NCBI GenBank assembly: GCA_963769935.1
Contig: CAVYNY010000010.1
Location: 256,001 to 320,000, forward strand
Origin: an uncultured delta proteobacterium
GTDB taxonomy: Bacteria; Desulfobacterota; Desulfobacteria; Desulfobacterales; JAFDCJ01
DNA length: 64,000 bases
Reading direction: 5' to 3'
Shown here: in pieces, positions 9,546 to 20,800 of the stretch
Layout: each line of letters begins with the position of its first letter
Position numbering within the stretch: the first letter of the stretch is position 1
Position numbers and translations under genes: made by a program
Notes under the pieces: model-generated
The model's input: only the letters and a program-made list of their open reading frames with translations
The model's database searches: none
Told to the model about the DNA's origin: nothing

Positions 9546-10775
9546 TTGAAAAAACTCAGCTCAGCGAGTATCGGTTTAAACCGCACTGTTGCGGCATTGT
9601 CGGTGGCGCGCCTGGCGGATGCGTTGGGCAACAGCCTGCTTTTCGTCGTGATTCCCCTCTATGTTGCGAAGTTGCCGGCCCCGTGGTTCCCATGGTCGGA
9701 TGAGATGCGGGCCGGATTTCTCATCTCCCTGTATGGATTCGTGAATGCCTTGATTCAGCCGGTCGCAGGGGCGCTCAGCGACCGGCTGAACAAGCGCAAA
9801 CCCTTCATCCTGGCCGGCTTGGTTCTGATGGGTCTCGGCACGCTGCTTTTCGTTTTGGCCGGTCGATTTGCAGATCTGGTGGTGCTGCGCGCGATCCAGG
9901 GCTTCGGCGTTGCCCTGACGATTCCCGCCTCGATGGCGCTGATGGCTACTGCAAGTAACCGCAAGACCCGCGGCGGCTCGATGGGGATCTACAGCACTTC
10001 GCGCATGGCGGGCTTTGCCACCGGCCCTTTGATCGGCGGGTTTCTCTACGATCGGTTCGGCTTTGATCCGGCTTTCTACATTGGGGCCGCATTGATCGCC
10101 GTGGCCTTGATCCTGGTGCAGCTGATGGTGAGAGACATCCCCCAACAAGACGCAGGCCGGCCGGTCCGCCGCTTCCAAGTGTTGGACCGTCGGCTTTTGA
10201 GTGCCGGGATTCTTGGAGCAGCTCTTTCCACTTTTATGATGGCTGCAGCGTTTGCGATGATGACCCCTCTGGAAGCCCGGTTCAACGCGCGGCTGCATGA
10301 AACGGCCCTGGATTTCGGTATTGCTTTCAGCGCACTGCTGGTCAGCAGACTCGTGCTCCAGATTCCGATCGGCCGGCTCTCCGATCGTTTTGGGCGCAAA
10401 CCTTTTATTATTGGCGGGCTGCTGCTGATGGGGGTTTCGACTGCCGTGCTGGGCGAAGCCAGGAGCAGCCTTGAACTCATCTGGCTGCGGGTGATTCAGG
10501 GAGCCGGGGCGGCCGGAATCGCAGCCCCGGCATTTGCGCTGGCAGCAGATCTGACCTACCGGGGAGGTGAGGCTCGGCAGATGAGCGTTATCACGATGGG
10601 ATTCGGGCTCGGTATCGCCACGGGGCCATTCCTGGCGGGTCTGCTGGCCGGAGCGAATTTCGACCTGCCCTTTGTTTTGGTCGGAGCCTTGCTGGTGATC
10701 AGTGCCTGGGTTATCTACCGCAAGGTTCCGGAGACGGTCGGGCAAAAATCCGATATCACGGCAAAGCCGAATTGA
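9546..10775 (+). CDS. MFS transporter (DHA1/TetA-like)
   Basis: GALSDRLNKRK and GRLSDRFGRK motif A repeats; about 12 TM helices. Confidence 0.88.
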   Translation: MKKLSSASIGLNRTVAALSVARLADALGNSLLFVVIPLYVAKLPAPWFPWSDEMRAGFLISLYGFVNALIQPVAGALSDRLNKRKPFILAGLVLMGLGTLLFVLAGRFADLVVLRAIQGFGVALTIPASMALMATASNRKTRGGSMGIYSTSRMAGFATGPLIGGFLYDRFGFDPAFYIGAALIAVALILVQLMVRDIPQQDAGRPVRRFQVLDRRLLSAGILGAALSTFMMAAAFAMMTPLEARFNARLHETALDFGIAFSALLVSRLVLQIPIGRLSDRFGRKPFIIGGLLLMGVSTAVLGEARSSLELIWLRVIQGAGAAGIAAPAFALAADLTYRGGEARQMSVITMGFGLGIATGPFLAGLLAGANFDLPFVLVGALLVISAWVIYRKVPETVGQKSDITAKPN

Positions 10776-10925
10776 GGCAGCTTTCGAGATCGCCCGCAGC
10801 CTGGTTTGGGCAAACTAAAAAAGCCGCTGGAAAAAATCTGCAGATAGACGGGTGACAGGAGATCTGCACAGATGTTGAGAACCTGAGGATGTTCCCGGGT
10901 TCCAGTTTGTCTTAAGGATGTCGCG

Positions 10926-11822
10926 ATGATAAATCCCAGCGAGACGCAGGGGCAGGTGCGGCTGGATGTGACCCTGGCGGGGCCGCTTTTCATGCTGTCG
11001 GCCGCACTGTTGTTTACGTTGTTCAATGTTATCATCAAGCTGTTGAACCCGCAGTTCAGGGTCTGGGACATCGGATTTTACAGGTTTTGCGGCGGCGCGT
11101 TGGTGTTGCTGGCTGTTTTCGGGCGCCGCCGAAATCCATTCCGGGGTCACAACATTCCCCTGCTCGTCATACGGGGGTGCACCGGGTCGGTGGCATTCGT
11201 GCTGGTGGTGACGGCGATCCGGCTGCTGCCCGTATCCACGGCGCTGGTCATCTTTTATTCCTTCCCGATCTTTTCTGCCCTTTTTTCCTTTCTGATCTAT
11301 GGCGAGCGCGTTGGAGCGTCGGAGATCGCCTGTATCGTCGCGGTCGTGATCGGCATCGGAATTCTCTTTGATTTACAGCTCGCAGAAGGCCTGTTCGGCC
11401 AGATTGTCGCGCTGGCGGGGGGCGTGTTTGCCGGGCTTACTGTGACCTTGATTCGCTCGCTGCGTGAGAAAAACGGCCCGGTCATCATCTACCTCTATTT
11501 TTGCACGATCGGCACTCTGGTGACGTTGCCCAAGTTCCTGCAGCATCCGGTTGTACCGTCGACCCCGGTGGAATGGGTGATGGTTTTGGGAATCATCCTT
11601 ATTTCAGTGGCTGCTCAGCTGTTGATGAACCAGGGCTATTTTTACTGCCGGGGATGGGAAGGCGGGGTATTCATGTCCAGCGAAGCCGTCTTCACCGCGA
11701 TCGTCGGCATCGTCTTTCTGGGCGACCCTGCCACGTGGCGTTTCTGGATCGGTGGACTCATCATCCTGTTCAGCAGCGTTGCGTTGAATCGGCTCAGGGC
11801 CAGCCGCAACAGTCAAGGATAA
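10926..11822 (+). CDS. DMT/EamA-family transporter
   Basis: About 10 TM helices in two EamA repeats (LIYGERVG, FLGDPAT). Confidence 0.88.
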   Translation: MINPSETQGQVRLDVTLAGPLFMLSAALLFTLFNVIIKLLNPQFRVWDIGFYRFCGGALVLLAVFGRRRNPFRGHNIPLLVIRGCTGSVAFVLVVTAIRLLPVSTALVIFYSFPIFSALFSFLIYGERVGASEIACIVAVVIGIGILFDLQLAEGLFGQIVALAGGVFAGLTVTLIRSLREKNGPVIIYLYFCTIGTLVTLPKFLQHPVVPSTPVEWVMVLGIILISVAAQLLMNQGYFYCRGWEGGVFMSSEAVFTAIVGIVFLGDPATWRFWIGGLIILFSSVALNRLRASRNSQG

Positions 11823-11878
11823 ATTACCCTGAAGCAGCGGGGTGAAACCATCGTCGATTTAGGGTTCACGAACAAAAA

Positions 11879-12982
11879 TTACAAGTCGCTGATTCTCAGC
11901 ACGGGCTTGATGGTTTCGCCCTGCCTCGCATCGGCGATGGCCCGGTTGATGTCGCTGAAGCGATAGAACTTCACAAGACGGTCAAAGGGAAACTGGCCGG
12001 CCTGGAAAAGTTCGATCAGCTTTGGGATAAAGCGCTGCGGCACAGCGTCGCCCTGAATGATGTGAACGGTTTTGCGTCCCTGTGCAAGAGCGTCCGTGCC
12101 GCGGCCGCCGGCCAGAAGCGCTGCGGTGCCATGCGAATTCAACACCTCGATGGTGAGCCGGTCCATTTTCGGGCTGCCGGTATTTTCCACCACGTAGTCG
12201 ACGCCGCTGCCGGTGATAGCGGTAATGCGGGCGGCGACGTCATTATGGCGGTTGTCGATTGCATGCGTGGCGCCCAACGTCAATGCCAGCTCAAGCCGTT
12301 TGGGTTTAAGGTCGACAGCGATGATCGGGCCGGCGCAGACGATGCGGGCCGCCATGACCGCCGCCAGGCCGACCGCTCCCGCACCGAAGATGGCGATACT
12401 TGCGCCGCGCGGGACCTTCAGTGAATTCATGACCGTACCGGCTCCCGTCTGCAGGCCGCAGCCAAGCGGGGCCAGGACTTCCAGCGGCAGTTCCCTGGAT
12501 ACCTTGACGAGGTTGCGTTCGGTCGCCAGGGTGCGGGTGGCAAACGAAGACTGGCCGAAGAAGTGCCCGCGTACGTTGCTGCGCTGCAGCGCATTGCTGC
12601 CGTCCAAGCGCATGAAACCGAAATTGGCCTCGTAAAAGTACTCACAGTCCGCCGGGCGTCCGTTCCGGCATTCACGGCAGCCTCCGCAAGATTGGTAGGA
12701 GAGCACGACATGATCGCCACGCCGGACGCTCTTCACCCTCTTGCCGACCCGCTCCACCACCCCCGCACCTTCATGTCCCAGCACCACCGCGCCGTCGGTC
12801 CGGTCCCAGTGGTCGCAGAAGTCTATATCGGTGCGGCAGATTCCCGTGGCGACAAGGCGCACCAGCACTTCGTCGTCCCGGGGACCCTCCAGATACAAAG
12901 ATTCGATCTTCAAGGGGCCGCCCTTGTTGCGCAAAACAGCCGCCAGAATTTTGTGTGCCTGCATGTTGGAAGGAGTATTCAA
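11879..12982 (-). CDS. Zn-dependent NAD(P) alcohol dehydrogenase (aryl-alcohol dehydrogenase-like)
   Basis: GICRTD, GHEGAG, structural Zn CxxCxxC...C, GHFFGQSSFA and GAGAVG motifs. Confidence 0.9.
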   Translation of the reverse strand: MNTPSNMQAHKILAAVLRNKGGPLKIESLYLEGPRDDEVLVRLVATGICRTDIDFCDHWDRTDGAVVLGHEGAGVVERVGKRVKSVRRGDHVVLSYQSCGGCRECRNGRPADCEYFYEANFGFMRLDGSNALQRSNVRGHFFGQSSFATRTLATERNLVKVSRELPLEVLAPLGCGLQTGAGTVMNSLKVPRGASIAIFGAGAVGLAAVMAARIVCAGPIIAVDLKPKRLELALTLGATHAIDNRHNDVAARITAITGSGVDYVVENTGSPKMDRLTIEVLNSHGTAALLAGGRGTDALAQGRKTVHIIQGDAVPQRFIPKLIELFQAGQFPFDRLVKFYRFSDINRAIADARQGETIKPVLRISDL

Positions 12983-13426
12983 CGCTGCACCCCCCGGGCT
13001 CTGATCACCGGCCGTCCTTCAAAAGGAAATTCGCATTTAATTCGGTCACATAAGGCCGCCAAAAGCTGAAGCGGCGCCGATGACGTTCGTCCCGGACAGC
13101 TACCAACTGTTCAAAATGATCCTCGCCGCATCGGCAATAGGCACTTGCTTTGGGATTGCGCGCTTGATAAAAATCAAAATTAATTATTATGACACTAAGT
13201 GGATCCCAGCTATTCGGATCGCTGCCACGCTTTAGGCTGCCGACAAGTATAGCCTAATTCCTCTTGCCAAGGGAGGAGCTAGAGTGACGCAGATACAGCC
13301 TGATTCCGTGCTTTACTTATTCCGCCTGGGGAGCTAAATTTTAAGCCGTTGAACCGAGGTGTCTTGTAAATCGCTTCTGATTTTCTTGCAACCAATTTCA
13401 GGCAGCAAAGACGGAGAACCGCCGTA

Positions 13427-14860
13427 ATGGAAAAGAGTCATATCCTTGTTATCGATGATGAACCTGTAATTTGCCAAGGCTGTCGTCTGACGCTTTCAGA
13501 GCAGGGTCTTGTGGTGGAAACCTGCCGCAGAGGCAAAGATGCCCTTGAAATGCTGCTTGGGGGAGACTACGATCTGGCTCTGCTGGACATGAAGCTCCCG
13601 GATATGGACGGAATGGAGATTTTACGGAACCTCAAAAACGAAAGACCCGAAGTATATGTAATTGTCATGACCGGCTATTCCAGCGTCAGAAATGCCGTGG
13701 AAGCTATGAAATTGGGGGCTTTTGACTATCTCTCCAAGCCGTTTTCGGATGAAGAACTGCTGATCGCTGTGGAAAGGGCCATGGAGAACAAACGCCTGAA
13801 AGAAGAAAATCTTGCCCTCCGCCATCAGCTCAGCGAGCGGTATGATTTTGGCAATATAATCGGCGAAGACCCCAAAATAATTGAAGTATTTGATCAAATA
13901 CGAAAGGTCGCCCCCACCGACAGCACGGTGTTGCTGAGTGGTGATAGCGGCACGGGCAAAGAGCTTTTCGCTCGCGCTATTCACGCCCACAGCAAAAGGG
14001 CTGCACGACAATTCATAGCGGTGGATTGCAGTACGTTCTCGGCATCTTTGTTGGAAAGTGAGCTGTTCGGGCATGTTAAAGGCGCTTTTACCGGTGCGGT
14101 TAAAGATAAAGCCGGCATCTTCGAAGTGGCCGACCACGGCTCCCTTTTTCTGGACGAGGTGGCCAACTTGGACGTGGATATTCAGGCCAAACTACTGCGA
14201 TCCATGGAAACCCAGGAATTCAAACCAGTGGGCGCCAGTCACCTGAAAAGATCGGATATGCGCATCATTGCCGCCACCAACCGGGATTTGAAAACCATGG
14301 TGGATGAGGGCAATTTCCGGGAAGATCTCTTTTACCGCTTAAACGTATTTCCCATCTTAATCCCCCCGCTCAGAGAGAGAAGGGATGATATTCCGAGGTT
14401 GCTTTACCATTTCTTGAAGCTATACTGTCGCCAGACCGGCAAGCGAATCGACGGTTTTTCTGACGATGCCCTCAGAATGCTGATAAACTATGATTGGCCG
14501 GGAAATGTTCGTGAACTCAAAAATGTGGTCGAACGGCTGGTTATCCTCGCCGATGAACAAATTCTGGATCACCAAAGCTTGTCCGACCATTGGGGGATAA
14601 AGCGTAATCACCTCCCGGACGTCGTCCCAAAAACGTTGACAGCGCTCAAAGCAGTGAAGCAGCACCTGCTGGAAAACCAATTCGGTCAAATCGAAAAGGC
14701 TTTCGTTCAAGAGGCCCTTTCCGCTGAAAACGGCAATATCAGCCAAGCAGCCAAGCGAGTGGGCATGCAGCGATCAAATTTTTCCGCGCTCGTGAAAAAG
14801 CATGGCTTGTCTGCAAATCCCGCCAAAATGGCTTCGAAGGAGGGGCAGCATCTGAAATAA
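13427..14860 (+). CDS. Sigma54-dependent response regulator (NtrC/AtoC family)
   Basis: Receiver domain, GDSGTGKE Walker A, GAFTGA, WPGNVREL and Fis-type HTH. Confidence 0.95.
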   Translation: MEKSHILVIDDEPVICQGCRLTLSEQGLVVETCRRGKDALEMLLGGDYDLALLDMKLPDMDGMEILRNLKNERPEVYVIVMTGYSSVRNAVEAMKLGAFDYLSKPFSDEELLIAVERAMENKRLKEENLALRHQLSERYDFGNIIGEDPKIIEVFDQIRKVAPTDSTVLLSGDSGTGKELFARAIHAHSKRAARQFIAVDCSTFSASLLESELFGHVKGAFTGAVKDKAGIFEVADHGSLFLDEVANLDVDIQAKLLRSMETQEFKPVGASHLKRSDMRIIAATNRDLKTMVDEGNFREDLFYRLNVFPILIPPLRERRDDIPRLLYHFLKLYCRQTGKRIDGFSDDALRMLINYDWPGNVRELKNVVERLVILADEQILDHQSLSDHWGIKRNHLPDVVPKTLTALKAVKQHLLENQFGQIEKAFVQEALSAENGNISQAAKRVGMQRSNFSALVKKHGLSANPAKMASKEGQHLK

Positions 14861-15093
14861 CGATTGCCTGTGCCGGGTTCCGTATAGAAGCCCATATGTG
14901 CGTATAACAGTTTATACAAACTTAACGTTTTTAGATTATTACAAAAAATATCAATCCGGCCATTCTGCTCATATAAAGAAATATACGCTGCCTCAATTCA
15001 AGGGCCAAGTGGATTGTCGCCTGCTGGCATACAACATCCCGATATAAAACACAATCCGATCTATATGATTTTCTTGCGGGTTTGCCTTGTTTT

Positions 15094-15109
15094 TGGCACA
15101 GCCTTTGCT
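15094..15109 (+). promoter_or_regulatory. Sigma54 (-24/-12) promoter
   Basis: TGGCAC-AGCCT-TTGCT matches the TGGCAC-N5-TTGC consensus, 85 nt upstream of the 15195 ATG and just downstream of an NtrC-type activator gene. Confidence 0.8.
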
Positions 15110-15194
15110 CAGTAAAATATCGAATGTCGAGCAAAGTTCGGGAAAAATCAGGCTTGGAATTTTATCTGAAACATTAGTGAGAGGAGGTATTTAC

Positions 15195-15884
15195 ATGACA
15201 CGCCTACATGAAAATGCAGCAGTCGATTATGCTCCGCCCCCCCATATTTTAGTGATGGAAGATGATCAGAGTGTGGCCAAGGGGCTGGAGATGGTTTTGA
15301 GCGAGGAAGGCTATTTTGTAAATCTTGCAGATACGGGCGAGCTTGCCCTGGAAGCTTTTAAGCAAAAACGCTTTGATCTACTGGTGGCGGACTTGCGGCT
15401 GCCGGGTATCGGCGGGATGGAAGTCATCAAACAGGTCAAAGAAGCAACACCCGAAACCCAGATCATCGTGATTACAGGATATGGCACCACTGCCACAGCT
15501 GTGGAAGCCATGAGGCTCGGAGTTCATGATTTTCTGCCCAAACCCTTTACCGAAGATCAAATTAAGGCGGCCATCGGTGAAGCGCTTCAGAAGCAGGCGG
15601 AAAAACCTGCTGAAGCCGTTGTCAATAGGGCTGAAACAGAAGAACAAAAACTCATCCAGAAGCGGGAGATCCTTGCGGTATTAGGCCGGACTGCCGAAGA
15701 CATGGATTTCTGGACCGATTTGATGGAAAACGGATCTTCAGCCCTGACGGGCTATCAGCTTTCCAGCGAAGCCCAAGCGGCCATCGTATCCGGCGACTTG
15801 AGATGGATTAATGAAAATGTGGGAGAGCTTACCCAGAAACAACTGATGTTCATCTATAAGCGCCTGGAGCGGGAGGCCTGGTAA
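15195..15884 (+). CDS. Response regulator: receiver domain plus uncharacterised C-terminal helical domain
   Basis: GAGGAGG RBS; VMEDD, DLRLPG, ITGY and LPKPF receiver motifs. Confidence 0.85.
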   Translation: MTRLHENAAVDYAPPPHILVMEDDQSVAKGLEMVLSEEGYFVNLADTGELALEAFKQKRFDLLVADLRLPGIGGMEVIKQVKEATPETQIIVITGYGTTATAVEAMRLGVHDFLPKPFTEDQIKAAIGEALQKQAEKPAEAVVNRAETEEQKLIQKREILAVLGRTAEDMDFWTDLMENGSSALTGYQLSSEAQAAIVSGDLRWINENVGELTQKQLMFIYKRLEREAW

Positions 15885-16171
15885 TACCACTCGGACTTTC
15901 CGTACGGACAGTTGAATCACCGGCGAGTCCTCGAAAGAAGTCGAAAGCCCGGCTTGCGAAGCAGCGCCGGGCCTCCTGGTGCTCGGGTCGATCAGAGCCT
16001 GACGGCTGGCCTTGAGCAAACAGGAATTTATCTTGCGGCGGCAGATGGGATAACACAATTAAAGCAGTTTAGGATGATGTTGACGGCAGAAACCGTTTTT
16101 TCTAACTTTATTTATTTTGGGTGCAAGTCACACCTTGCAATACGTGGTGGGGTTTGCGCGGTAGGTACCCC

Positions 16172-17410
16172 ATGACTTCCTCGACGGAATTTGAAAATTA
16201 TTTCCACGTCTTCAGAGATATCATTCGAGCCATGCACTCCAGCAGCAGCCTGAAGGACGTGCTGAATGTGGTCGTGACCAAATCCGCTGATGTTCTGAAT
16301 GCGAAAGGCACGTTACTCAGAATTCGCAACAAAGAAACCAACCAGTTCGAAGTCAGGGCCGCCTACGGGCTGGGCGAACACTATCTGTTCAAGGGCCCGG
16401 TCACCACGGAAAAGTTGCTGTCGAACCCAAGCCAACTGCACAAGGTGCAGATCATCACGGACATCTGGCAAGCTCCCCGGGTTGAGTACCCGCAGCAAGC
16501 GTGGGATGAAGGTGTCCGCATGATGGTTGATGTACCGCTGGCCATCAAAGATGAGATGGTAGGTCTGATTCGCATCTACCTCACACAGCCGCGCGAGTTT
16601 TCCAGGGATGAGTTGGATTTTCTCGTCACGGTCGCCGAGCAATGCGCCTGTGTCATTGAACGGGTCCAGCTGATGGAAAACCGGCAGGCTCAGTTCACTC
16701 ATCTGGCAGGCCAGATGGAAAAACTGTCCGCGCTGGGCCGCATGGCCGCGGGAATCGCCCACGAAATCAACAACCCGCTGACCGGAATCCTGCTTTACAG
16801 TTCAAACATGAGCAAGAAGGTTCCCCCAGGCGGATATCTGGAAGAAGGCCTGAAGATCATCATGCGGGAAACCCAGCGCTGCAAAACCATTATCCAGGGA
16901 TTGCTCGAATTTGCGCGCCATAGAGAACCGCAGAAGGTCTTGGCCGATATCAACGATATTATGGAAAACGCCCTCAGCATCGTGAGCAATGAGTTTCACC
17001 TGCGGCATGTGCAACTTGAAAAACAGCTGGCCGAAAACATGGCCAAAACGATGCTGGATAAAACCCAAATCGAACAGGTATTTGTCAACTTACTGCTCAA
17101 TGCATTGCAGGCGGTCACAGAAAACGGTCGGATCACCGTCCGAAGTGCCATGGACCGGGGGCAAGAAAGAATCGAGGTCGAAGTTGCCGATAATGGCTGT
17201 GGCATTACCGTGGAGGATATCAAGAAAATTTTCGATCCGTTCTACTCTACAAGGAACGACGGAACCGGGCTGGGCTTGTCGGTCAGCTACGGGATCATTA
17301 AGAGTCATGAGGGTGACATCCAAGTGTACAGTGAACCGCGCCGGGATACAAGTTTTAAGGTTGTGCTTCCTATCCTGGTTGAAGAATCCGAGAAAAAAGG
17401 GGGCGCATGA
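16172..17410 (+). CDS. GAF-domain sensor histidine kinase (cytoplasmic)
   Basis: N-terminal GAF-like region; AHEINNPL H-box; N, DNGCG and GTGLGL boxes. Confidence 0.93.
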   Translation: MTSSTEFENYFHVFRDIIRAMHSSSSLKDVLNVVVTKSADVLNAKGTLLRIRNKETNQFEVRAAYGLGEHYLFKGPVTTEKLLSNPSQLHKVQIITDIWQAPRVEYPQQAWDEGVRMMVDVPLAIKDEMVGLIRIYLTQPREFSRDELDFLVTVAEQCACVIERVQLMENRQAQFTHLAGQMEKLSALGRMAAGIAHEINNPLTGILLYSSNMSKKVPPGGYLEEGLKIIMRETQRCKTIIQGLLEFARHREPQKVLADINDIMENALSIVSNEFHLRHVQLEKQLAENMAKTMLDKTQIEQVFVNLLLNALQAVTENGRITVRSAMDRGQERIEVEVADNGCGITVEDIKKIFDPFYSTRNDGTGLGLSVSYGIIKSHEGDIQVYSEPRRDTSFKVVLPILVEESEKKGGA

Positions 17411-17775
17411 AACCGCTCAGAATACTGATCATCGACGATGAAAGCGTCATCTGTGATGCCTGCCGGCTGGTTCTATCGGAAAAAGGATATGGGGTCGATC
17501 ATTGCCTGACCGGCAAAGCCGGTTTGTTGGCCATCGAAAGGGGCAGATATGACGTGATCCTGCTGGATATGAAGCTGCCCGACATAGACGGCACGGAGAT
17601 TCTGAAGGCTGTTAAAGAGAAAGCGCTTGGACCGTGTATGGTTGTCATGACAGGCTATGCCACCATGTCGAATGCGGTGAAAGCCATGAAACTGGGGGCG
17701 GTCGATTATCTGGCCAAGCCGTTTAGCGATGATGAACTGATCGAAGCCGTCGAAAAATGCCGTGCCAACCGTTGA
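17407..17775 (+). CDS. Single-domain response regulator
   Basis: IIDDE, DMKLPD, MTGY and LAKPF motifs. Confidence 0.92.
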   Translation: MKPLRILIIDDESVICDACRLVLSEKGYGVDHCLTGKAGLLAIERGRYDVILLDMKLPDIDGTEILKAVKEKALGPCMVVMTGYATMSNAVKAMKLGAVDYLAKPFSDDELIEAVEKCRANR

Positions 17776-17850
17776 GCTCGGGAAGAAATAGGCGGCAGAA
17801 CACTTATTGTGGTCCTATTGCTGAAAATTGAATGAGTAGGGAGTTGTGTA

Positions 17851-20800
17851 ATGGAAAACAGGCAATTGAATACGGCAGTGCAGGGCGCCGTCATGGTCGT
17901 CGGCGGAGGGATTGCCGGCATGCAGGCGGCTCTGGACGTCGCAAATTCAGGCTACTATGTATATCTGGTGGAAAAATCTCCGGCCATCGGGGGGGCAATG
18001 GCCCAGCTGGATAAAACCTTCCCCACCAATGATTGTTCGATGTGAATCATCTCTCCCAAACTGGTCGAGGTCGGCCGGCACATCAACATCGAGTTGCTCA
18101 CCCTGTCGGAAGTGACGTCAATTGCGGGAGAAGAAGGCAATTTTGCGGTCACCGTTTTGCAGCAGCCACGCTACGTGGATCTGGAAAAATGCATTGCTTG
18201 CGGCCTTTGCGCCCAAAAATGCCCGAAAAAAGTTGATGACAAATACAATGAAAACTTGATTAAACGCAAAGCAATTTACGTTCCCTATCCCCAGGCGGTG
18301 CCCCTGAAATACGCCATTGACGCCGAAAACTGCATTTATCTTACCAAAGGGAAATGTGGCGCCTGTCAAAAGCTCTGCCCGGCGGGGGCTATCAATTTTA
18401 ACGACACCCAAAAGGAGATCAGGCTGCAGGTGGGCTCTGTCATCCTGGCGCCGGGATTTACCGCATTTGATCCGGCTCGCTTTGACTACTATTCCTATCT
18501 AAGCTCGCCGGATGTGGTAACCTCCCTCGAATTTGAACGGATTCTTTCGGCTACCGGGCCCTATTCCGGCCATCTGTTGCGCCCTTCCGGCATGCGTGGC
18601 CGGAGTCCGGCGGAACACCAGCCGCAAAAAATCGCCTGGCTGCAATGTGTGGGCTCCCGCGACCTCAACCGCTGTGACAACGGGTATTGTTCTGCGGTCT
18701 GCTGCATGTATGCCGTCAAGCAGGCTGTTATGGCAAAAGATCACAGCCGCACCGGCTTGGATTGCGCGATCTTTTACATGGACATGCGCACCCAGGGCAA
18801 GGATTTTGACCGCTACTACGAAAATGCCCAAAAAAGGGGCGTGCGCTTTATACCTGCCCGGATACACACCGTCCTGCCAATAGCGGGAAGCAACGACCTT
18901 CTGCTGCGCTATGTGGACGATAACGGCCGGCCGCAGGAAGAGGCCTTCGACATGGTGGTTCTTTCAACCGGCCTTGAAATCAGCCGGGATGCCATCGAAC
19001 TTTCGAATACCCTGGGTATAGAGCTGGACAAGTATCATTTTACCCGCTCGGACAGCTTTCATCCGGTGGCCACCTCAAGGCCGGGGATCTATGCCTGCGG
19101 GGCATTTACCGGGCCCAAAGACATCCCCCAATCGGTGATGGAAGCCAGTGCCGCGGCCTGCGCGGCCACCGAAAGCCTGGCTGCAGTCCGCAACACCCAA
19201 ACAAAAGCGGTTACAATACCGACGCAGCGCGACGTGAGCCGTGAGGTGCCCCGCATTGGGGTGTTCGTATGCAACTGCGGCATCAATATCGGCGGAATCG
19301 TCCGGGTACCGGAAGTCGCTGAATATGCCGGGACCCTGCCCGGTGTGGTGTACGTGGAAGAAAACCTTTTTACCTGTTCCCAGGACACCCAGGACAAAAT
19401 GACGGAAGTGATCCGCGAAAAGGCTCTAAACCGGGTGGTCGTGGCCGCCTGCACCCCCAGAACGCATGAAGGCTTGTTCCAGGAAACGCTGATTAATGCA
19501 GGGTTAAACAAGTATCTGATCGAAATGGCCAACATTCGCAACCAGGATTCATGGGTTCACTCCGATAATCCGGATGCGGCCACGAAAAAAGCCAAGGATC
19601 TTGTGCGCATGGCCGTGGCCAAGACCCTGTTTTCCAGCCCCCTGCAGGAGACCGCTCTGCCGGTGAGCCGGTCTGCGCTGGTGGTCGGTGCCGGTGTGGC
19701 CGGCATGACGGCCGCGTTGTCGCTGGCCCGGCAGGGATATCCGGTACATCTGGTGGAAAAATCCGACTTTTTAGGCGGCAACGCCCGCAACCTTCATAAA
19801 ACCTATCAGGATGAAGATATCGCGAGCTTTTTAGCGGATTTGATTCGACAAGTTGAAGCTGAACCACGCCTCAGCGTGCACCTGGGGACAACTATCAGCG
19901 CGGTTGAGGGGTTTGTCGGAAATTTTAGGATTGGGCTTTCAAACGGGTCTTCCCAGGAGACACTGAACTGCGGGGTTGCGATTCTGGCCATTGGCGCCGA
20001 AGAGTCCAAGCCGAAAGAATACTTGTACGGCGAGCATGCCGCCGTTGTCACTCACCTGGAAATGGATGAAATGCTCAGAAATGATGATCTGAGGATCCAG
20101 CGCGGCGGCGATGTGGTTTTCATCCAGTGTGTCGGCTCCAGAAACGAAGAACATCCCTATTGCTCGAAGGTGTGCTGTACCCACGCCATCAAGAGTGCTC
20201 TGGAACTGAAAAAGCGAAATCCTGAAATCAACGCTTACATTCTGTATCGCGATATCAGGACCTACGGAGAAAGAGAGGACCTCTACCGGGAAGCAAGAAG
20301 CCGGGGGATTCTTTTTTTCCGTTACCGGCCTGATGAAAGGCCGGAGGTCGCTGCGAGCGGCGACCGCGTGGCCGTCAGGTTTAACGATCCCATCCTCGGA
20401 CGCCGGCTGAGCGTCGATGCGGACATTCTTTGTCTGGCGGCGGCCATTGTGCCCCATGAAGATCTTGGTCTTGCCCGGTCTTTCAAGGTCCCCGTTGATG
20501 CCGATGGCTGGCTGCTGGAAGCCCACCAGAAGCTCAGGCCGGTAGAGTTCGCAACCGAGGGGGTTTTTCTGTGCGGAATGGGACACTATCCCAAACCGAT
20601 CGAAGAGAGCATCGCCCAGGCCCGGGCGGCCGCAGCCAAGGCGCTGACGATCCTGGCCTGCGAAAATATCATGGTCGGCGGGATTGTCGCTCACATCGAG
20701 CCCGGATTGTGCTCCGGGTGCCTGGGATGCATCAATGTTTGTCCCTATGCGGCCATCACGTTCAATGCTGAAAAAAGAATTGCCGAAGTTAATCAGGCCC

